A stretch of DNA of 64,000 nt. Source: an uncultured Actinomycetota bacterium. GTDB taxonomy: Bacteria > Actinomycetota > Actinomycetes > Mycobacteriales > Mycobacteriaceae. The DNA is taken from the NCBI GenBank assembly GCA_963824505.1, contig CAWGPS010000030.1, positions 4,658-68,657 on the forward strand, read 5' to 3'. The position numbers and the translations under genes are program-made. How positions within the stretch are numbered: position 1 is the first letter of the stretch; each line of letters opens with the position of its first letter. A model generated the notes under the pieces. It did not search any database. It saw only the letters and a program-made list of their open reading frames with translations, and was not told where the DNA came from. This document shows positions 57,711-64,000 of this stretch, one piece after another.

Positions 57711-58629
57711 ATGGCACGAACCGAGGGCGACACCTGGGACTTGGCCAACAGCGTGGGCGCCACCGCCACCATGGTCGCGGCGGCCCGGGCGGCCGCGTCC
57801 AGGCGTCCTCAGCCGGTTGTCACGGATGAATTCGCCGAGCCCCTGGTGCGCGCCGTCGGGCTCGACGTGTTCACGAAATTGGCCACCGGCGAACTCGATC
57901 CCGACGACATCGAGAACGGGCGTCGGATTTTCGCGCATGGTCGATACCTTCGCCGCCCGGGCCCGGTATTTCGACGACTACTTCGCTGCGGCCGGCCTGT
58001 CGGGCCTGCGCCAGGTCGTGATCGTGGCCTCCGGGCTGGACGCACGCGCGTACCGGCTGCGGTGGCCGGCCGAGACGACGGTGTACGAGATCGACCAGCC
58101 CGAGGTGATCGCGTTCAAGACCGCGACGATGGCCGACATCGGTGCGACCCCCACCGCCGAACTGCGCACGGTGGGCGTCGACCTCCGGGAGGACTGGCCC
58201 GCGGCGCTGCAGGAAGCCGGTTTCAATCCGGCCCAGCCGACGGCCTGGCTCGCCGAGGGCGTGCTCATCGGGTGGCTCCCGCCGGAGGCCGAGGTCCGGT
58301 TGCTGGACTCGATCATCCCGCTGTCCGCCGAGGGAAGCCGATTCGCCGCCGACTTCGGTACGGTCACCGGCGCTTCGGATGAGGCACAGGAACAAGCCCG
58401 GCTGATGACCGAAGGCTGGCGGCGGCACGGGCTCGATCTCGACCTCACCAACTTGACTTACCCGGGCGAGCACACCGACGTCGCCGCCCATCTGCGCTCG
58501 AACGGGTGGGAAACCACGACATCCCGGCTCAGCGATCTCTTCGTCGCGGCCGGGCTGCCGGACCTGGGCGCGGCCGACCAACAGGTTCCGGCCACCACGA
58601 TCAGTTTTGTTCGCGCCACCCGGAGTTAG
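57711..58629 (+). pseudogene. Class I SAM-dependent methyltransferase (mycobacterial Omt-like family), frameshifted as sequenced
   Basis: The N-terminus ([27 protein letters not shown]...[12 protein letters not shown]) is in the frame of ORF 56865..58382. The rest ([16 protein letters not shown]...[15 protein letters not shown]...YEIDQP...) is in ORF 57817..58629. The frames join near gcgCatg at about 57933-57937. GAAGGAG precedes the ATG at 57711. Confidence 0.65.
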
Positions 58630-58765
58630 GGCCGACACCATCCGTCACTGCAATAACCGGAGCGGGCGCTGACTCTTATCGTCCACCCAATGGGAAGATT
58701 CCCGGGGAACCTCGCTGCGGACAAGAAGGCACGCCCGGGCACCCCCCGCGACGGCGGTGGCTCAC

Positions 58766-60715
58766 TTACGAGGACCGCTTGGCCAGCCACTCGGCCTGCA
58801 TCACCAGCAGGGCCATCACCTCGAGTTGCGGGGTGTCGGGGTCGAGCTCGCGGTAGCGCTGATAGACGTTGACGACGACCCGCTCGGCGTCCAGCCAGGT
58901 CGCGTACTCGCCGAGGTCGATGGCGTCGGCGGCCTCCGACCACGACAGCCCCTTACGGTAGGCGGCCTCGGCCTGTTCTGACACGTGCGCCAGATACCCA
59001 CGCACGCCGCGGATCCCATCGGGGTCGGTCACCGGTCCATGACCGGGCACCACGATCGGGGCGTCCAGGGCGATCATCGCGTCGCACGCCGAGATCCAGT
59101 TGGCGATCGGGCCGGCCCACACGATCGGGGTGCAGCCGATGAACAGCAGATCGCCCCCGAACAGCACACCCGCGTCGGGGACGTGCACCACGGAATCCGC
59201 GGCGGTGTGGGCGGGACCGAGATTGATCAGGCGCACTTCTCTGCCGCCTACCTCGATGGTCAGCTCGCGGTCGAACGTCTGGTCGGCATTGCGGACGGTG
59301 ATGCCGCTGAAGTCGAAGTGGCCGAAGCGGTCTCGGGTGTACGGGGTTGCCACGGGACCCAGGTTGGCGGTCTGGGCCATGGCGAGCATCTCGGGCGCCA
59401 TCCCGTGCTCGATCTCCTCGGCGGTGCCCGCAGCGGCGAGGATCCGCACCGACGGGTCGAGCAGTTGGTTGCCGTGCGTGTGGTCACCGTTGGAATGGGT
59501 GATCACCGCGTCGGTGATCGGCGCCGACGAGGTGATGGGCGCCATGGCGGCGAGCATTTCGCGGGTGAGCGCCAAGTCGAAGAGGGTGTCGACCAGCAGG
59601 GACGCTCTGTCGCCGGATATCAGGCCCGCGTTGCTCCACCCGTAGCCGCCGTCCGGCAGCGTCCACGCCCAGACCCGGTCGGCGACCTCATGCAGGCCGC
59701 GGGTGTAGGGCACGCGGGCGGGCGCCCGGTTGACGCGCGGCGCGGCGGGGGCGGCGTCGGGGTTGGGGCGGGCGGGCAACGGGTGGGGTGCGGCGCTGAT
59801 GCGCACGGTCTGCCGCGTCTCCCCCAGTCCCTGCACGCGGAGGGTGACGACGTCGCCGTCGTGCAGCCAGCCGGGAAAGGATTCCAGCGCCGCGGGGTTG
59901 AGGTGCTCGACGAGCGTGCAGGTGGGCACCGTGCCGGAGCCGATGACATCGCCGGGATGCAGTGTGACGCCCCGGGATACGTAGGAGATCACTTCGGCGA
60001 AGGTCCAGTCCATCTGGGCGGTGGACCCCGATCCGATCACCGTGTCGTTGACCGAAGCGGTGACGTGCAGGTCAAGTCTGCCGGGATAGGAGGGGCTGCG
60101 GTAGGGCTCCAGCTCGTCGGGCGTCACCAGATACGGGCCCAGCGTCACACCGCTGTCCTTGCCCTTGCCCTGCCCGATCGCCAGTTGGCCCTCCAACTGC
60201 TGCAGGTCCCGGGCCGACCAGTCGTTGAAGATGGTGTACCCGATGATGGCGTGCTCGGCCTCCTCCACCGTCAGGTCGCGACCGCGTACGCCGATGATCA
60301 CGGCGATCTCCAACTCGAAGTCCTGCCATGCGCTTCCGGGCGCCGTCGGGGCGTCGTCGTAGGGGCCCAGCACCGTTGCCGGACAAGCGAAGTAGAACGC
60401 GGGGATGCGATACCAGGCGTCGGCCAGCACCCGCCCCCCGCCCATCGCGGCCTGGCAGTTGCGCATGTGATCCAGGAAGCACAGCGAGTCCCGGATCGAC
60501 GGTGGGCGAGGGATCGGCGCGAGCAGCCGCACTTCGTCGAGACGCACGACGGCCGCCGGGGAGCGCAACGCCTCCTCGCCGGCATGGCGCAGACCGTCGG
60601 CGCCGCGCCCAACCAACTCGAGCAGCGTCACGCCCGGCGGCATCGCATGGATGTCATCGCCGGACACGACGCCGGCTTGTTCGCCGTTAGCGCCTTGATA
60701 GCTAACCCATTTCAT
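58766..60715 (-). CDS. Fusion of fumarylacetoacetate-hydrolase-family and metallo-beta-lactamase-fold domains (Rv0939-like)
   Basis: N-terminal FAH fold (FELEIAVIIG...NDWSARDLQ...GKGKD...GDVIGSGT). C-terminal MBL fold (VITHSNGDHTHGN). The ATG at 60715 overlaps the ligD TGA (ATGA). Confidence 0.8.
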   Translation of the reverse strand: MKWVSYQGANGEQAGVVSGDDIHAMPPGVTLLELVGRGADGLRHAGEEALRSPAAVVRLDEVRLLAPIPRPPSIRDSLCFLDHMRNCQAAMGGGRVLADAWYRIPAFYFACPATVLGPYDDAPTAPGSAWQDFELEIAVIIGVRGRDLTVEEAEHAIIGYTIFNDWSARDLQQLEGQLAIGQGKGKDSGVTLGPYLVTPDELEPYRSPSYPGRLDLHVTASVNDTVIGSGSTAQMDWTFAEVISYVSRGVTLHPGDVIGSGTVPTCTLVEHLNPAALESFPGWLHDGDVVTLRVQGLGETRQTVRISAAPHPLPARPNPDAAPAAPRVNRAPARVPYTRGLHEVADRVWAWTLPDGGYGWSNAGLISGDRASLLVDTLFDLALTREMLAAMAPITSSAPITDAVITHSNGDHTHGNQLLDPSVRILAAAGTAEEIEHGMAPEMLAMAQTANLGPVATPYTRDRFGHFDFSGITVRNADQTFDRELTIEVGGREVRLINLGPAHTAADSVVHVPDAGVLFGGDLLFIGCTPIVWAGPIANWISACDAMIALDAPIVVPGHGPVTDPDGIRGVRGYLAHVSEQAEAAYRKGLSWSEAADAIDLGEYATWLDAERVVVNVYQRYRELDPDTPQLEVMALLVMQAEWLAKRSS

Positions 60716-63021
60716 TCGCGCACCACCTCGCCTGGTTCCTTGTCCGGCCGCAGACCGCGCCAACTCGATTGGCGTAGGCGATTATCCGGGGTCCACTCGC
60801 TGTAGCGCACCTCGCCCACCAGAACCGGTTCGACGAACGTCACCCCGCGGGCTTCGCTGCGCGGGAGCGGGACGTCGAAGGGCGATTGGTCGGTGCGCAG
60901 CGGCGCGAGCGTCTTCTTCAGGTTCGCCAAATCGCGTTCGGTGAATCCGGTGCCGACCCGTCCGGCAAAGTGCAGACCATTGTCAGTGGGAATGCCCATC
61001 AGCAGCGACCCGATGCCGCTGGTGCGGCCCCCCTCCCCCGCCTTCCAGCCCCCGATGACGACTTCCTGGGTGTTCCAGTGCTTGTCCTTCACCCACGACG
61101 CCGATCGCCGGCCCGGCTGATAGGTGGAGTCGCGCCGCTTGGCCACCACCCCCTCCCAACGGTGCTTGCGCGAGTACGCCAATGCCTCCTCGCCGTCCCC
61201 GGGCAGCAGCTCGGGCACGATGAGACCACTGTCGGAGGCCAGAGTTTCCAACAGCTTTCGCCGGTCGGAGTAGCGCGCCCGCAGCAGTGAGCGGCCGTCC
61301 AGATACAACAGGTCGTAGGCCCAGAACTCGACACGGCTGCCGCGGCCCCGGTTCTGCATCGCATGAAAGCTGGGCACCCCCGAAGGGCCCAGGACGACGG
61401 CCTCTCCGTCGAGCACGACGTGGTGATCGCCCAGCTCGGCTGCCAGGGACTCGAATTGGCGGTACTCCTTGGTGACGTCGCGGCCCGCACGTGAGCGCAC
61501 CCGCATCACCCCGTGGTCGACGTCGATCAGGAGCCGGTAGCCGTCCCACTTGCCCTCGAAGGCCCACACACCGGCCGTCAGCGCGGACACCGAACCGTGC
61601 GTGGCGAGCATGGGTTTGATCTCGTCGAAGTCGAAGACGTTCTGGTCCTTCATCCTGTGCGCCAGCCATTGGTCGCCGTTGGTCTGGATCAGCGCGTAGC
61701 GCCCGGAGATCCGGCTGCCGTGCAGGTTGACGATCACCTCCCCTTTGTCCCCTTCGTCGGACCCCTTATCGGACCCGTCATTGAACTTCTCGGCCTCGTA
61801 GGTGCCCGAATCCCAGATGATCACCTTCCCCGCGCCGTACTCGCCCCGGGGGATGACGCCCTCGAACGCGCCGTACTCCAGTGGATGGTCCTCGGTATGC
61901 ACGGCGAGGTGGTTCACCGACGTGGTTTCGGGCAGGTTTTTCGGCACCGCCCACGACACCAGCACGCCGTCGCGCTCCAGCCGGAAGTCGTAGTGCAACC
62001 GGCGGGCGTGGTGCTCCTGGATGACGAACGTATTACCGTGACCCGTAACGGGATTCGACCTGGGCACCGGCTCGGGGGTTTTCGACGCGTCCCGCATGCT
62101 GCGATATTTGGTCAGCCGGTCACGGACAGGTGCCCGGGCATCCGGGGCGTCCACCCCCGCCAGCAGGTCCCCGTCGCGCGCCACCCTCGCGAGCACCTCG
62201 TCGTAGCGCAGGTGGCGCAACCCGGGGTCTTCCAGTTCTTCCCACGTGCGCGGCGCCGCGACCGTCGGCTGCTCGCGGCCGCGTAGCGAATACGGCGCGA
62301 TGGTGGTTTTCGCGCCGTTGTTCTGGCTCCAGTCCAGGAAGACCTTGCCCGCCCGGAGGCTCTTGGTCATCGTCGACGTCACCAGCGTGGGCATCGCCTT
62401 TTCCAGCTGCAGCGCAACGCGTTTGGCCAGGACGGTCGCGCCCTTGCTGCTGACCGGCTCCTCGAGCGGCGTGTACAGGTGCAGCCCCTTGCTGCCGCTG
62501 GTGAGGGGGAAGGTGGTCAGACCGATGTCGGCGATCAGATCCCGGACGGCATGCGCCACCTCGCAGAGCTGGGCCATGGTCACGCCCTCGCCGGGGTCCA
62601 GGTCGAACACCAACCGCGTCGCCGGGCCGGGCTTGAGTTCCTCCGCTTTGCTTCGGGTCCACTGCGCGACGAAACGCCACTGCGGCACGTGCACCTCCAG
62701 CGCGGCCTGCTGGGCGATCCAGGCGAGGCCGTCCGGGCTGTCGATGATCGGGTAGGTCGTCGTTCCCGAGCGATGCGTGACGCTGGCGCGCGGCAGCCAG
62801 TCCGGCGCCGAGGGGGCGAGTTGCTTCTCGAAGAACGACTCCTGCTCGACGCCGTTGGGCCAGCGCTTGCGGGTTGCCGGGCGCCCGGCGATGTGCGGGA
62901 TCATCACCTCGGCGACGCGGGTGTAGTAGTCGAAGATGTCGGCCTTGGTGGTCCCCGTGGCGGGGTAGAGCACCTTGTCGGCGTTGGTCAGCTTGACCCG
63001 CGCCCCGGCCGCCGAACCCAT
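60712..63021 (-). CDS. ligD: ATP-dependent DNA ligase D (polymerase/primase, phosphoesterase and ligase domains)
   Basis: N-terminal PolDom (KLTNADKVLYPATGTTKADIFDYY), PE domain (FVIQEHHARRLHYDFRLE) and ligase motif I (EGKWDGYR); 769 aa. Confidence 0.92.
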   Translation of the reverse strand: MGSAAGARVKLTNADKVLYPATGTTKADIFDYYTRVAEVMIPHIAGRPATRKRWPNGVEQESFFEKQLAPSAPDWLPRASVTHRSGTTTYPIIDSPDGLAWIAQQAALEVHVPQWRFVAQWTRSKAEELKPGPATRLVFDLDPGEGVTMAQLCEVAHAVRDLIADIGLTTFPLTSGSKGLHLYTPLEEPVSSKGATVLAKRVALQLEKAMPTLVTSTMTKSLRAGKVFLDWSQNNGAKTTIAPYSLRGREQPTVAAPRTWEELEDPGLRHLRYDEVLARVARDGDLLAGVDAPDARAPVRDRLTKYRSMRDASKTPEPVPRSNPVTGHGNTFVIQEHHARRLHYDFRLERDGVLVSWAVPKNLPETTSVNHLAVHTEDHPLEYGAFEGVIPRGEYGAGKVIIWDSGTYEAEKFNDGSDKGSDEGDKGEVIVNLHGSRISGRYALIQTNGDQWLAHRMKDQNVFDFDEIKPMLATHGSVSALTAGVWAFEGKWDGYRLLIDVDHGVMRVRSRAGRDVTKEYRQFESLAAELGDHHVVLDGEAVVLGPSGVPSFHAMQNRGRGSRVEFWAYDLLYLDGRSLLRARYSDRRKLLETLASDSGLIVPELLPGDGEEALAYSRKHRWEGVVAKRRDSTYQPGRRSASWVKDKHWNTQEVVIGGWKAGEGGRTSGIGSLLMGIPTDNGLHFAGRVGTGFTERDLANLKKTLAPLRTDQSPFDVPLPRSEARGVTFVEPVLVGEVRYSEWTPDNRLRQSSWRGLRPDKEPGEVVRE

Positions 63022-63076
63022 AGTCTCAACCTACGTCGTCCGCGCCGGCGGCGACGCAGGCCAAGGGGGTGAATCC

Positions 63077-64000
63077 GTGACCCGCGGGCTGGTGATCGGT
63101 GAGGCCCTGATCGACATCGTCGAGCGGCCCGGTTCCGTGGCCGGCGCCACGGGGCACGTCGGTGGAAGTCCGCTCAACGTCGCCGTCGGGCTCGGGCGGC
63201 TGGGTCGCAGCGTCGATTTCTTGACCTCCATCGCCGACGACGACGCGGGCCGGCACATCGCCGACCACGTGGCGGCGTCCGGCGCGCGACTGGTCCCGGG
63301 CGGCTGGTCGGCGGGGCGGACGCCGACCGCGGTCGCGACGATCGCGGACGACGGCTCGGCGTCCTACGCCTTCGACCTGGACTGGCGTCTCGAGGGCACA
63401 CCGGACGTCGCGCCTCCGCTGCTGGTGCACACCGGGTCCATCGCGGCCGTGCGGGAGCCGGGATGCGCTGCGGTCGCGGAGCTGGTCGAGGGGTACTGCG
63501 CATCGGCCACGGTCACCCTCGACCCCAACGTGCGACCGTCGTTGATCGGCGACCCGGATTTGGCCCGCGCCCGCATCGAACGCCTTGTCGAGCGCAGCGA
63601 CGTCGTCAAGTTCAGCGACGAGGACCTGAGCTGGCTCCGCCCCGACGCGGACCCGGACCGGACGGCGCGGAGCTGGCTGGCGTCGGGGCCCGCGATTGTG
63701 GTCGTGACGAAGGGTGCGCGAGGGTCGATCGCGTTCTGCGCGGCCGGCGAAGCCCGAGCGGTCGCGGAGCGGGTCGGGGTGGTGGTCGACACGGTCGGCG
63801 CGGGCGACGCGTTCATGGTCGGCCTCCTCGATGCGTTCTGGGAAGGGGGTTTGCTGGGCGCGGCCCGCCGGGACGCGCTGCACCGAATCGGCCTCGACTG
63901 CCTCGCGGCGGCACTCCACCGCGGCCGCTCTGTGCGCGGCGCTCACCGTCGCCCGACCCGGCGCGGACCTCCCCGATCGGGCCGCACTGGACGCCGCCGG
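63077..64000 (+). CDS. PfkB-family carbohydrate kinase (fructokinase-like); 3' end runs off the window, possible frame switch near 63905
   Basis: My translation from GTG 63077: LVIGEALIDIV...GGSPLNVAVGLGRLG...VVDTVGAGDAFMVGLL. After about 63905 the plausible continuation (AAALCAALTVARPGADLPDRAALDAA) is in the +1 frame, and the original frame turns Arg-rich. Confidence 0.6.
   Translation, partial: MTRGLVIGEALIDIVERPGSVAGATGHVGGSPLNVAVGLGRLGRSVDFLTSIADDDAGRHIADHVAASGARLVPGGWSAGRTPTAVATIADDGSASYAFDLDWRLEGTPDVAPPLLVHTGSIAAVREPGCAAVAELVEGYCASATVTLDPNVRPSLIGDPDLARARIERLVERSDVVKFSDEDLSWLRPDADPDRTARSWLASGPAIVVVTKGARGSIAFCAAGEARAVAERVGVVVDTVGAGDAFMVGLLDAFWEGGLLGAARRDALHRIGLDCLAAALHRGRSVRGAHRRPTRRGPPRSGRTGRRR

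Noticed and set aside
58985-60805. 606-aa plus-strand ORF
   Set aside because: Antisense shadow of the FAH-MBL gene.
63026-63946. 306-aa minus-strand ORF
   Set aside because: Antisense to a plus-strand PfkB kinase gene that has clear motifs (GGSPLNVA, DTVGAGDAF). That gene is absent from the track because it has no stop inside the window.

Overview
High-GC actinobacterial chromosome, almost certainly a slow-growing Mycobacterium. From memory, which I cannot verify here, gene content and order are collinear but inverted relative to the M. tuberculosis H37Rv interval Rv0996 to Rv0938. The order is tRNA-Ala, rimJ, moeA1, galU, mscL, moaB2-pepD-mprB-mprA, rpmF, an atuA-like/fadE13/accD2/accA2/fadE12/echA7 cluster, a AAA+/vWA pair, purH-purN, perM, sucDC, an M23 peptidase, uvrD1, chorismate mutase, pgi, an fpg-like gene and ligD. 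Several MTBC-specific insertions I remember at this locus are absent (PE_PGRS genes, the Rv0986-0988 ABC transporter, vapBC9, csoR-ctpV). Other genes sit at those junctions instead: cobF, an AKR/VOC/DUF899/TetR block, a Cys-less thiolase-fold fusion, a TetR/MpaB pair and a diiron-oxygenase/FMO-DUF4873 pair. There is no CRISPR array, rRNA, IS element, integrase or phage gene, and I see no obvious defence island. Observations most worth a second look: (1) At least five genes carry apparent 1-nt indels, including an essential-type galU broken by a compensated double frameshift; this means either assembly error or real gene decay. (2) The segment downstream of the tRNA-Ala 3' end is compositionally mosaic and holds a roughly 47% GC DoxX-like gene with a consensus SD. 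(3) An identical 16-nt KstR-type operator sits in front of two luciferase-like (LLM) oxidoreductase genes 19 kb apart. (4) MprA-type direct-repeat boxes lie upstream of mprA and pepD. (5) uvrD1 has a RecA-NDp/PafBC-type promoter with almost no leader. (6) Several uncharacterised, translationally coupled pairs are present (AAA+/vWA, diiron oxygenase/FMO-DUF4873, ligD/FAH-MBL). (7) A STAS-GHKL single-chain partner-switching protein sits behind a 390-bp leader. Many long ORFs in the supplied track are Arg/Pro/Gly-rich antisense or off-frame shadows typical of high-GC DNA, and I ignored them.
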